IMG/VR virus record: IMGVR_UViG_2974555739_000001
Location: 16,149-80,148 of that record
Reading direction: 5' to 3' (one strand)
DNA from: a virus
Taxonomy: Duplodnaviria; Caudoviricetes
Length of the DNA: 64,000 nt
The notes under the pieces were generated by a model. That model did not search any database. It had not been told where the DNA came from and saw only the letters and a program-made list of their open reading frames with translations. How positions within the stretch are numbered: the first letter of the stretch is position 1; every line of letters begins with the position of its first letter. The translations under genes were made by a program, and so were the position numbers. Positions 39,570 through 48,657 of the stretch are shown one piece after another.

Positions 39570-40172
39570 TTAATTGATTGGATTACCTTCTGTATCGATA
39601 ACTGTAGCGTTTTCAGGTACGAATAACAGTTTTCTAGTTGGGAATTTCATCATTGTGTTCATCAGGATTTCGTGGCCCTGTTCTTTATGGTGCTTCAATA
39701 CTTCGATTGTAGCTTTAATGTCATGGTACGCGTCATGGTGATTGTCCAGTTTAATACCTAGACGTTCACACGTTGGTTTTAATGACGAATTTTCATCAGG
39801 ATAATGATACTGATTTAATGTTTTGGTGCAAATGAATGAACCTAAGTTAAGCTTCAAACATGGATCACCTTGATTCAAGAAAGCTAAATCGAATGAAGCG
39901 AATTGAGCTACAGTAATCGTATCTTTTAACAAATCACTAATCATATAAATTGCATCTTCTTCATCAAGGCCATGCTGCAAGTCTTCTTTTTTCACTTTAA
40001 GCAGCTCCATAATGAAAGGAGTTAATTGCTTACCTCTACGAAGCTTAACTTTGAAGTTTGTTTCTCCAACGATATTGAAATCTTCATCTGTACGGATCAA
40101 AGCAGCTTGAATAATTTGATCTGCTCCTGGAATCAAACCTGTTGTTTCTAAATCAATAAATGAATATACCAT
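39570..40172 (-). CDS. DEDDh 3'-5' exonuclease (DnaQ/epsilon-like)
   Basis: FIDLETTG; AQFASFD; HHDAYHD. Confidence 0.85.
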   Translation of the reverse strand: MVYSFIDLETTGLIPGADQIIQAALIRTDEDFNIVGETNFKVKLRRGKQLTPFIMELLKVKKEDLQHGLDEEDAIYMISDLLKDTITVAQFASFDLAFLNQGDPCLKLNLGSFICTKTLNQYHYPDENSSLKPTCERLGIKLDNHHDAYHDIKATIEVLKHHKEQGHEILMNTMMKFPTRKLLFVPENATVIDTEGNPIN

Positions 40173-40185
40173 ACCTTAACCACTC

Positions 40186-40686
40186 CTATTTAATCATTTC
40201 CCAATTGACCTTGCGAACCTTACCATCTTCCTTGTACCATTCCGTGTTACATTTTGTACAGAAAGCCTGATTAGTTTCTTCTGATGGTGACTGTAAATTA
40301 TGTACTCCTAATCGACGTACGTACTTAGTATCTTTACAAGTAGGGCAACGTTCAAAGTTTTTCCACTTCAGATTTTCGTATTTGAAACGTCTTTCAGTAG
40401 AAACGTCACGACTTTTGATAAAATTAGAAACTGTACTAGTCGGTAATTTTGTATCCTGGACGATTGAATAAATGCTATAACCATTTAAAAAGCGGTCAGT
40501 TATGACATCTTTAACTTCTTCAGTAAATAAGAAGCGTTTACCATTTCCAATGTAATTCTTATTCAAATCAAGATAGTTACAAAGGTCATTTTTAACACTT
40601 TCTTCATTTTCATAATCCATTTCGATCATGATATCCTTTAGGCTTTCACCTTCAGCGTACAGTTTAGCTAACTTAATCATTAACAT
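40186..40686 (-). CDS. HTH plus Zn-ribbon protein
   Basis: GYSIYSIVQDTKLPTSTVSNFI HTH-like segment; CPTC...CTKC. Confidence 0.55.
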   Translation of the reverse strand: MLMIKLAKLYAEGESLKDIMIEMDYENEESVKNDLCNYLDLNKNYIGNGKRFLFTEEVKDVITDRFLNGYSIYSIVQDTKLPTSTVSNFIKSRDVSTERRFKYENLKWKNFERCPTCKDTKYVRRLGVHNLQSPSEETNQAFCTKCNTEWYKEDGKVRKVNWEMIK

Positions 40687-40708
40687 TTCCCCCTTGAATC
40701 AGGGGAGA

Positions 40709-41701
40709 TTATTCATCCCCTGAACTATTCATTTCTTCCATAAGTAAACGTAGACGGTTAATTACTAATCGCGCCTGATCCTTTGTGAGTTCTGTCGGAT
40801 TGGCTATTTTACTATTGGTTGCTTCTTGCATTATCTCTACAGCACGTTCACCTGAAATACCTAATTGGTTGTTTACTAAGTCAACGATATCGTCAATCAT
40901 CTTAGCTAATTCACCATCTGTCTTAATGACATTTGTTTGGCCCACTTTTTCTTTAGCGAAACCTTCATCTTTTTGTGACATTTCGATAATCATATTTACC
41001 AGCGAACGATTGTCGAAGTTATCAATCACATCAGGCAGCAAGCTATTCCCTTTAGAATCCTTCAGACGGTTCTTTTTCAATTGGGCCGTGTAAACACCTT
41101 TTGACTTTTCTGAAAGGATGTAGTGTACGTCTAGTTCGTGGATCAGACGTTTATCACAATCAGCTTTAATCGGATTAACTGCATCAATCTTCATAAATGT
41201 ACCTTTTAGGTAGTTATCAGAAGCGTGTGCTGTAACAAATAAATGAACATCCAGCTCTTTCAAGTTTTCGATGATTTCATAAAATTCATCTTTTGGCGTT
41301 TCGTATTCAGTAGGTTCAAGCTTTGTTTTACCCCACTGTTTCTTCCAATAACTTTTAATTTTGTTGTACAATACTGTACCTGACTCTAAAGCGATTGATT
41401 TAAACGGTAATTGTTGTCCTGAACGCTTGAAAGCTAACAGCTGTTGAGTAAGAGCTAAAACTTCTTGTGGATTAGATGTCTTGTACACCTTAATTCCATC
41501 GACTTCTTTAGCTAACTGACTAAAACCACTACGTTCCATATCGATAGCCCACAAAGGCTTAGGAGCGCCGTAAGCGATAGATGATGTTTTACCACTACCT
41601 GAAGGGCCGGTTAGTAAAACTTTAACAGGTTCAGCACCTTGAGCAGCCGCATCCTGGAAATTATTCATAAGGTTGAATTGATTCATGTTCATTTGATTCA
41701 T
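40709..41701 (-). CDS. AAA_24/Sak4-like P-loop ATPase (recombination-associated)
   Basis: VLLTGPSGSGKT; AIDME; IALES; adjacent to an SSB-like gene. Confidence 0.7.
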   Translation of the reverse strand: MNQMNMNQFNLMNNFQDAAAQGAEPVKVLLTGPSGSGKTSSIAYGAPKPLWAIDMERSGFSQLAKEVDGIKVYKTSNPQEVLALTQQLLAFKRSGQQLPFKSIALESGTVLYNKIKSYWKKQWGKTKLEPTEYETPKDEFYEIIENLKELDVHLFVTAHASDNYLKGTFMKIDAVNPIKADCDKRLIHELDVHYILSEKSKGVYTAQLKKNRLKDSKGNSLLPDVIDNFDNRSLVNMIIEMSQKDEGFAKEKVGQTNVIKTDGELAKMIDDIVDLVNNQLGISGERAVEIMQEATNSKIANPTELTKDQARLVINRLRLLMEEMNSSGDE

Positions 41702-41748
41702 CTAATTACCTCCAATTTTATTAAAGAAGGGGAATTAATCCCCTTTAA

Positions 41749-42750
41749 TTATGAGCCGAATGGAAATTGACCAGTGTATCCAGTGTCACTTCCAGGGAAT
41801 TGTTGACCGTTTTGTTGTTGATTAAATCCCTGTTGTTGTTCAAAGCCAGCTTGTCCACCAAACGTTTGCTGTTGGAAGTTGTTAGCTTGCTGCTGATTGA
41901 ATTGTGTTTCATTTCCTTGTGAGAAACCACCGTTTTCATTTGGTGGGTTGAATCCTGGTGGTGGCCCTTGTTGTTGCTGTTGTTGCTGATTTTGGAATCC
42001 TTGTTGTTGGAATCCATTTTGTTGACCAGCGAAACCATTTGAGAAGCCGCCGCCTTCAGGAGCTTTTAACATTTTGAATTTCTTAACTTCAATACGTTCA
42101 ATTTTCTCACCTGAACCTTCAGCCATTCCGAATTCATCATAAGTTACATCATCTTTATTGATGTAGTAATAACCGATATCAACATTAGCACCATCAGGAG
42201 TGTTAGCAATTTGCTGAACTAATTCCGGATCAACCGCTTCTAATGTAAGAATTGAAACATCAATTGGTTCACCATTAGCTCGTGTTGCGCGGTTCTTTTT
42301 ATTTTTACGATCTGTAGCATAAAAGGCGATTTTGAATTGAATACCGTCTTTTGATTGCTGCTTACCGAACATTTCACCTGAAATACGTCCTGAAACTTTA
42401 TCTTCCATTTCTTCGCCTTTAACAGTGATTGGTTTCTCTAACTCAACGAATGATGTGAAGTTAGTGAATGTTTTTCCTGTTGTCGTTACGAACTGACTGA
42501 TTTGAGCTAATCCAGCACGTACACGCGGTTTAGGATCAGCGATTGGAAATTGATTGATACTAGCTTGTGCCTTATCTAACATTGGAATGCGAAGGTTTAC
42601 AGAACCGAAACCTGTTGCATTTAGCAAGAAGTCCCAACCATATTCTGTTTGGTCATTTCGTAGTGCTGGTGAGCCGTATACTAGCTTACCAACTACCATT
42701 CCTAAGTTGTTATAAGAAAAATTTGGATTAAATTGCGGTGCTTGATTCAT
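41749..42750 (-). CDS. SSB-like protein with Q/G/N/F-rich tail ending FPFGS
   Basis: Two beta-rich N-terminal regions, low-complexity tail and aromatic tip; next to the Sak4-like gene. Confidence 0.6.
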   Translation of the reverse strand: MNQAPQFNPNFSYNNLGMVVGKLVYGSPALRNDQTEYGWDFLLNATGFGSVNLRIPMLDKAQASINQFPIADPKPRVRAGLAQISQFVTTTGKTFTNFTSFVELEKPITVKGEEMEDKVSGRISGEMFGKQQSKDGIQFKIAFYATDRKNKKNRATRANGEPIDVSILTLEAVDPELVQQIANTPDGANVDIGYYYINKDDVTYDEFGMAEGSGEKIERIEVKKFKMLKAPEGGGFSNGFAGQQNGFQQQGFQNQQQQQQQGPPPGFNPPNENGGFSQGNETQFNQQQANNFQQQTFGGQAGFEQQQGFNQQQNGQQFPGSDTGYTGQFPFGS

Positions 42751-42862
42751 AATTTTTTCTACCTCCTGATTGGTTAACTACTTTCTGATATAAATATATC
42801 ATGGATAGTTTTGGTTCGTCAATAATTATTTTTCCATTTGGTTATAAATTAGTTATAGATGG

Positions 42863-43135
42863 TCATATACTATTAAGTTCGATCTCAAAACAACGACTTA
42901 AAATGTTTGATAATTGTGATTGAGTCTTGTAAGCTTGCATACCATTCTTAGTTACATTGATGGTCAATACATCTGAAGCGTACGTTCCACTTCTGCCACG
43001 GCCTGAATGTGACATAAACATCTGAAATTCCAGGATGTCACCTACTTCGATATGTTCAAAGAAGTAAGCTTTCGTTTTAGCTTTAATAGCAGTTACTTTG
43101 TACTGTTGACTGATTAAAGGGATGGAATTCATCAA
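42863..43135 (-). CDS. Hypothetical protein
   Basis: 90-aa ORF with GAGGTG RBS. Confidence 0.55.
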   Translation of the reverse strand: MMNSIPLISQQYKVTAIKAKTKAYFFEHIEVGDILEFQMFMSHSGRGRSGTYASDVLTINVTKNGMQAYKTQSQLSNILSRCFEIELNSI

Positions 43136-43149
43136 ATCACCTCATAATT

Positions 43150-44184
43150 TTATAGTTCATCAAATCCGTTGCTTGATCCAGCTTTCTTATAATCATCCGG
43201 TTTACGTTCAAAGAAGTCAGTTTTCTTAGCGCCTTCTGTTTCATAATATTGAATCCAACGTAGCGGATTTGAACGATAACCTTCAAAGATGCGTTCTTTA
43301 CCAAATCCTAATTCGTTTACACGTTTGTTCGCCATGAATTTAACGTAGTCCTGAACTTCAACAACGTTAAGTCCTTCAATTTTGTTGCCGATGATGTATG
43401 AAGCCCAATTAATTTCTAATTCAGCTGCTTTTGTAAAAGTATTAATAACAAACTGCTCCATCTTTTTCTTATCAATTTGCGGATTTTCTTCTAAAACTGC
43501 TTTAAATAAGTCGCAGAAGAAACCTACGTGAATTTGTTCATCACGATTGATAAAGTTAATCATCTTAGCAGTAGCTAACATCTTTTTGTTTCTTGCTAAA
43601 TTGTAGAAAAATGCAAATCCACTGTAGAAGAATAGCCCTTCCAGGATAACGTCATAAACCATTGACTCAAGAAAATTCTCTACTGTCTTGTCATCAGTGA
43701 ACTTTTCATAACCTTTAGCTAGGAAATCATTTCGTTCACGTAAAACTTCATCTGTACGCCAATAATCGAATGTTTTATCTTGTACAGCGCGGTTAACTAG
43801 TGACGATAAAACGTAAGTATAAGATTCATTATGAACAACTTCCTGGAAAGCAAGTGTGATTAATGTTGCATTTAGTGATGAATCAGTCACATAATCAGCA
43901 ATACGGCCCACGTAATCAGACTGTACGGAATCCAAAAATGCAAGCAAACCGATAATTTTAAGGAAAGCTTCTTGTTCGTGTTCCGTCAAATGAGGAAATT
44001 GTTTAATATCTGTACTCATATCGACTTCATCAGCGAACCATGTGTTACTAATCATTTTCTTATATTTCGTACGCGCGAATTGATAACGGATATCTGACCA
44101 ATTCAGGATATTTGAACTTTCACCATTTACAATCCCTGTTGATTTATTTGGTGCTTCGACATCGTACAGTTTTCTTTCTTTCAT
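43150..44184 (-). CDS. nrdB: Ribonucleotide reductase class I beta subunit
   Basis: W...EV.M..D, LD..Q, EVVHNESY (radical Tyr), LEG..FYSGF, RDE..H motifs. Confidence 0.9.
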   Translation of the reverse strand: MKERKLYDVEAPNKSTGIVNGESSNILNWSDIRYQFARTKYKKMISNTWFADEVDMSTDIKQFPHLTEHEQEAFLKIIGLLAFLDSVQSDYVGRIADYVTDSSLNATLITLAFQEVVHNESYTYVLSSLVNRAVQDKTFDYWRTDEVLRERNDFLAKGYEKFTDDKTVENFLESMVYDVILEGLFFYSGFAFFYNLARNKKMLATAKMINFINRDEQIHVGFFCDLFKAVLEENPQIDKKKMEQFVINTFTKAAELEINWASYIIGNKIEGLNVVEVQDYVKFMANKRVNELGFGKERIFEGYRSNPLRWIQYYETEGAKKTDFFERKPDDYKKAGSSNGFDEL

Positions 44185-44237
44185 TTTACTCTTCCTCTCT
44201 TTTTTCAAAAATAAGAAGGGGAATTAACCCCCTCCTG

Positions 44238-46571
44238 TTAACTATGACAAGATTCACATTCATCGATGACTTCTTGCGATTGACTACGTACATAATAAGT
44301 TGTCTTCAGTCTTTCTCTCCATGCTGTCATGTGTAAGTCAAGCAGCTCTTTAGCTTTGATTTCACTTGGAACATATAAGTTGAATGAAACAGCTTGGTCA
44401 ATATGTTTTTGACGTGCTGCATTCTGTAAAATACTCCAATTTTGGTCAATTACATAAGCTGTTTTATAGAACCATTGGTTAGTTGGATTAATTCCTGGTG
44501 CTGTTCTAACCACACGGTACTTACCTTTCTCTTCTTGATATACTTTACGGAACACCGGATCAATACTAGCTGTTGTTCCTGCAATGATAGCTGTTGAAGA
44601 GTTAGGAGCTACCGCCATTAGATAAGCATTACGCATGCCATTTGTCATAACATTCTTCGCTAAATCCTCCCAACGATCAGGGAAAGAAAGTTCATCTACT
44701 GTATCTCGTGCAATATAACCTTTACGAGCGAAATATTCACCTGTTTCCCATTCAGAACCTTCAAACAGTGGATATTCTTCTTTTTCCTTCGCTAATTCCA
44801 TACTAGCTTTGATGGTATAATAAGCGATATCTTCGTACAAACTATCATTGAAATCTACTGCTTCTTGACTTTCCCATCTGATCTTTTTCTGAACAAGTAG
44901 ATCATGTAGACCATATGTTCCCAAACCAATAGCGCGGTAACGATGGTTAGTGTATTTTGCAACAGCTAAAGGTAAGTCATTAAGATCGATAACATTGTCC
45001 AGCATGCGAACTTGAATCGGAATTAATCTTTCTAACACGTCATCAGTAACAGCACGAGCTAAATTAATGGAAGACAAGTTACATACTACCATATCACCTA
45101 ACACTTTTTCTTGAGTCGAACGGCCTGTTTTTAGGTCTAAATTTTCATCAAGGTAATAAGTTTGTGATTGGTTTTGTGTAATTTCTGTACATAAGTTAGA
45201 ACAATAAATCATACCTTTGTGTTTTTGTGAGTTCTCACGGTTAACTTGGTCACGATAGAACATATACGGTGTTCCTGTTTCCAATTGAGAACGCATGATA
45301 CCCTTCATGATGTCAATAGCAGGAACAACACGCTTATCAAGATCGTTGTTATTCACGCATTCATAATAGAATTCACGGAATGAACCACTGATTTTACGAT
45401 TTCCTTCTTCATCAAACTCTTCAATTTCATCAAAGTGATCTTCAATTCGTTTACCTGTTACTTTGTAAACCTGGTGAGGATCAAATAAATACCAATCTCC
45501 ACGCGATTCAACTTTTTCCATGAATAAATCAGGGATACAAACGCCGGTGAAAATGTCACGAGCACGTTTTCTTTCATCACCTGTATTTAATCGAAGGTCA
45601 AGGAATGAAAAAATGTCTTGATGCCATACGTCCAAATAGACCGCCATTGCACCTTGTCGTTGACCTAACTGATCCACACTGATAGCTGTTTCGTTAACAA
45701 GTTTAGTCCACGGTACTGTTCCACCACAAACGCCTTTGAATCCTTTGATATCTGAACCCAATGAGCGAACGTGGCCCATATAAATTCCGATGCCGCCGCC
45801 ATTTTTCGAAAGTTGAGCGATATTATCAAGTGTTCCGTAAATAGCTTTAAGATCATCGCCCATTGTATCGATAAAGCAGCTTGATAATTGACCGTAACTC
45901 TTACCAGCATTAGCTAAAGTCGGTGTTGCAACGGTCATATACAGGCTAGACAAGGCCCAATAAGCTTCTTGAACTAATGCGACACGTTGTTCAGATTTTT
46001 CTTTAACCATCAAAGTCATAGCGATAATCATAAAACGTTCTTGTGGTAATTCGAACTTATTTTTAGCATGATCTGTAGCTAAATATTTATCTTCTAAAGC
46101 TAACAATCCTGCATAAGTGAAAAGCTTGTCCATTTCAGGATTAATCATATCACTGAAGCGGTTAATCTCTTCTTCTGTATATTCAGCTAGAAGCCATTTA
46201 GCATAAATACCTTCTTGAGCTAATCGTTTGACCAGGGTATATAACGAACCGTACTTTTCTTTCGGATCGTAACAACGATTTTTTGCAGCTTTCTTATAAA
46301 GATCACGCAAAAAGAATTCAGCTGATAAATATGTCCAATCAGGTTCTTCTACTGATGTGTTTTCGCTACTAACCATAAGCATTAAGTTAGTGATTTGATC
46401 TGCTGTATATTCATCTTTAAATTGGATGTTACCAATAATACTTGCTTTAAATCGTCGTAACGATGCATCAGGGATATCAATACCTTCAGCAGCACTATCG
46501 ATATATCTTTCTAAGCGGTACGGATCAAACGGTAAGCTACGAGCGCCGTTATCTTTAATGATTTGTGTCAT
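44238..46571 (-). CDS. nrdA: Ribonucleotide reductase class I alpha subunit with ATP cone
   Basis: N-terminal IIKDNG...FD; TPTL.NAG; LSSCF; NGGGIG; SNLCTEI; VAPNSST; C-terminal CESC. Confidence 0.92.
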   Translation of the reverse strand: MTQIIKDNGARSLPFDPYRLERYIDSAAEGIDIPDASLRRFKASIIGNIQFKDEYTADQITNLMLMVSSENTSVEEPDWTYLSAEFFLRDLYKKAAKNRCYDPKEKYGSLYTLVKRLAQEGIYAKWLLAEYTEEEINRFSDMINPEMDKLFTYAGLLALEDKYLATDHAKNKFELPQERFMIIAMTLMVKEKSEQRVALVQEAYWALSSLYMTVATPTLANAGKSYGQLSSCFIDTMGDDLKAIYGTLDNIAQLSKNGGGIGIYMGHVRSLGSDIKGFKGVCGGTVPWTKLVNETAISVDQLGQRQGAMAVYLDVWHQDIFSFLDLRLNTGDERKRARDIFTGVCIPDLFMEKVESRGDWYLFDPHQVYKVTGKRIEDHFDEIEEFDEEGNRKISGSFREFYYECVNNNDLDKRVVPAIDIMKGIMRSQLETGTPYMFYRDQVNRENSQKHKGMIYCSNLCTEITQNQSQTYYLDENLDLKTGRSTQEKVLGDMVVCNLSSINLARAVTDDVLERLIPIQVRMLDNVIDLNDLPLAVAKYTNHRYRAIGLGTYGLHDLLVQKKIRWESQEAVDFNDSLYEDIAYYTIKASMELAKEKEEYPLFEGSEWETGEYFARKGYIARDTVDELSFPDRWEDLAKNVMTNGMRNAYLMAVAPNSSTAIIAGTTASIDPVFRKVYQEEKGKYRVVRTAPGINPTNQWFYKTAYVIDQNWSILQNAARQKHIDQAVSFNLYVPSEIKAKELLDLHMTAWRERLKTTYYVRSQSQEVIDECESCHS

Positions 46572-46582
46572 AATGACCTCCA

Positions 46583-46966
46583 TTATTTTGATTTTAAATA
46601 AGAAGAAGGATTAACGTCTATATGTTCATAAACCTCTTCTTCAGTTAACTTTCCTGCATCAATCAAAGTTTGAACTTTGTTCAGGTCAACGTCATCGTTA
46701 CGGCACAAGTCGAGAAGTCCACGTTCAGCTAGGAAAAACTTCAGCGATTCTTTCTGCTTCTTCGTTTTTGTTTCGATCACCTGGACTCCACCGTAATTAG
46801 TTTTGGCGTATTCACCGACTGCTTCTACTTCGGTTAGGGCCAACTTCTTGTGCTTTTCTTTCAATTTCTTAGCTGATGTTTCAAGTGATGAATAAAATCG
46901 CCACGCTTCAGCTTCACTACTGAACTCCAAACGTCCAATCGTTTCTAAAAACTCTCTTCCATTCAT
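46583..46966 (-). CDS. Hypothetical protein
   Basis: 127-aa ORF with GGAGG RBS. Confidence 0.55.
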   Translation of the reverse strand: MNGREFLETIGRLEFSSEAEAWRFYSSLETSAKKLKEKHKKLALTEVEAVGEYAKTNYGGVQVIETKTKKQKESLKFFLAERGLLDLCRNDDVDLNKVQTLIDAGKLTEEEVYEHIDVNPSSYLKSK

Positions 46967-47010
46967 ATAAAAACCTCCATATAAGAGTCTATATGAAGAT
47001 TTTACATGAA

Positions 47011-47199
47011 TTACTTAACTTTTTCCAGTATTTCTTCTTGTATTTCAGCAATAATTTGGCTAAACTTTTTAGAACCTGAACATTGGCCTGAACGGTATCC
47101 ATAATAATATGTAATTACCGAACAAATTTCTCGTAAGGTTTCTTCATTTTCACCATCCAATAAACCACAAAGTTCATCAGAAACAGCATTCTTCTTCAA
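47011..47199 (-). CDS. Hypothetical protein, first gene of the leftward block
   Basis: 62 aa; AAGGGGG RBS; sigma-A-like promoter upstream. Confidence 0.5.
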   Translation of the reverse strand: MKKNAVSDELCGLLDGENEETLREICSVITYYYGYRSGQCSGSKKFSQIIAEIQEEILEKVK

Positions 47200-47239
47200 T
47201 AAGAAATCCCCCTTCGTTGTTACTAAAAGTTACTTTATC

Positions 47240-47267
47240 ATTATAATACAGAATTGAAATAAAACAA
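47240..47267 (-). promoter_or_regulatory. Sigma-A-like promoter for the replication block
   Basis: TTGTTT-N16-TATAAT on the minus strand. Confidence 0.55.
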
Positions 47268-47428
47268 GCCTTTTTATTACATTTGTGATAATTTTGAAAT
47301 ATTTCTCGTTTTTTTGAAATAGTACGTGCAATATTTAGATTATCGCCCATATATTAGGATTATGAAAAGGAGTTATTAACTACTTAACAACTTCTTCTCA
47401 CCTACTTATTAAAAAGGAGTGATGAAGC

Positions 47429-47695
47429 TTGTCTAGCAAGTACATCCGTAAACCTGTAGTGTTCAATCGTGAATCTGCTTGGCATATGAGTATCTTGAAA
47501 CGAATTGAAGGTGAATCGAACAACTTTTCCGGTTATGTAATGTCTATCCTTAAAGAACACTTCGATACAAAATTACCACTTGAGCCAATTGTTAAGTCTG
47601 ATCCGGTAGAAAAAGAAAAAGAGCAACCAAAATCAGCTGCTCCTTCCTTTCAAAAACCCACTAATAATTTACCGCCGAAACTTTTTGGAAAATGA
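47429..47695 (+). CDS. Ribbon-helix-helix-like DNA-binding protein
   Basis: RKPVVFN strand, helix, then NFSGYVMSILKEHF second helix. Confidence 0.6.
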   Translation: MSSKYIRKPVVFNRESAWHMSILKRIEGESNNFSGYVMSILKEHFDTKLPLEPIVKSDPVEKEKEQPKSAAPSFQKPTNNLPPKLFGK

Positions 47696-47795
47696 ATTCC
47701 TGGTACTTGCAACTTTTGAATATGAGTAGCATAAACTGTTCGTGTAATCGAATTTATGAGTGGAGCGAACAGTTTAAATACCACTTTATACCCAA

Positions 47796-47861
47796 TTAGA
47801 AGGGCCATAACCCCACCAATAAACCTGTTAAACCGATACTGATTAAGATTGCTTCCACCAT
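47796..47861 (-). CDS. 21-aa hydrophobic peptide MVEAILISIGLTGLLVGLWPF
   Basis: Manual translation; AAGGGAGTG RBS; consensus sigma-G promoter immediately upstream. Confidence 0.6.
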   Translation of the reverse strand: MVEAILISIGLTGLLVGLWPF

Positions 47862-47893
47862 CTTTAAATCACTCCCTTAATTGTTGTTGAACT

Positions 47894-47924
47894 TAGTATG
47901 TACACCTTATCCAAATCCTATTCA
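47894..47924 (-). promoter_or_regulatory. Consensus sigma-G (forespore) promoter
   Basis: TGAATA-N18-CATACTA matches the B. subtilis sigma-G consensus. Confidence 0.7.
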
Positions 47925-47942
47925 TGAAAAGGAGAATGACAA

Positions 47943-48047
47943 ATGTTTTCATTTTTGAGTGTCGCTGGTATGTGGATTGTATGGCATACCGTTGGAATTC
48001 CTGCTTACATCAAATACATTAAAAAATTGGAGGAAAACAAAAAATGA
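47943..48047 (+). CDS. 34-aa single-TM peptide (MFSFLSVAGMWIVWHTVGIPAYIK...)
   Basis: AAAGGAG RBS; ATGA overlap with the next gene. Confidence 0.65.
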   Translation: MFSFLSVAGMWIVWHTVGIPAYIKYIKKLEENKK

Positions 48048-48514
48048 AAAAATATGAAGTGATCCCATTTAATGAGTTTATGTCAGTGGAGAAATTTGAC
48101 CTGGAAGCTATTGTGAAAAACGAATATAACCGCAAAGGCATTAAAAAGCTACAGAAGCTTTCAGTATTCTTGTGGACGGTTAGTGCTTCATTTACAGCTA
48201 AAGCAGCTTCAGCGGCAAGTACGGTTTCTACAGCAGCTAGTTCTAGTCAATCGTTCGGATTATGGTCGCATACAACTGGATTGTTTGGAGTATTTCAAGA
48301 AATGGCAATGGTCTTAGGAGCTTTAGCTATCTTTGGTGGACTAATCACAATGATCTTTAAAAAACGTGCTGGTCAGAAGATAATTTTAACAGCTGCAATT
48401 GCTATTGGTGGTTGTTTCCTTGTACCATCAGCGATTATGTTAGTAGCAATTATAGGAAACATGCTTAATGATACGTTATCACAAGCGTTCTCAAGCATGA
48501 CAATGGGGAGGTAG
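48044..48514 (+). CDS. TrbC/VirB2-like membrane protein
   Basis: Leader with an A-K-A-A cleavage-like site followed by two hydrophobic helices separated by KKRAGQK, a pilin-like topology. Confidence 0.6.
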   Translation: MKKYEVIPFNEFMSVEKFDLEAIVKNEYNRKGIKKLQKLSVFLWTVSASFTAKAASAASTVSTAASSSQSFGLWSHTTGLFGVFQEMAMVLGALAIFGGLITMIFKKRAGQKIILTAAIAIGGCFLVPSAIMLVAIIGNMLNDTLSQAFSSMTMGR

Positions 48515-48516
48515 TC

Positions 48517-48657
48517 ATGATTAAATTCATTATTGGTTCATTCGTTGGCTTTAGTGTAGGTTTTGGTATGGCTTTATCTTACCTTGTTGAAGCTTCTGAT
48601 TCATCAATGTTAATTAAAACAATTTCTATCGTGAAGGGAGTGCTTGAAGCGTTATGA
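48517..48657 (+). CDS. 46-aa membrane peptide (MIKFIIGSFVGFSVGFGMAL...)
   Basis: GGGAGG RBS; ATGA overlap with the ATPase start. Confidence 0.65.
   Translation: MIKFIIGSFVGFSVGFGMALSYLVEASDSSMLIKTISIVKGVLEAL

Noticed and set aside
41745-42038. 97-aa N/S/K-rich ORF
   Set aside because: Alternate frame of the Q-rich SSB tail.
34109-46571. Group I introns or inteins in RNR, helicase or primase
   Set aside because: ORFs are uninterrupted and of normal length; the HNH genes are free-standing.
47943-48047. Arbitrium AimP peptide
   Set aside because: Looks like a TM anchor rather than a signal peptide plus hexapeptide; no TPR-type AimR gene present.
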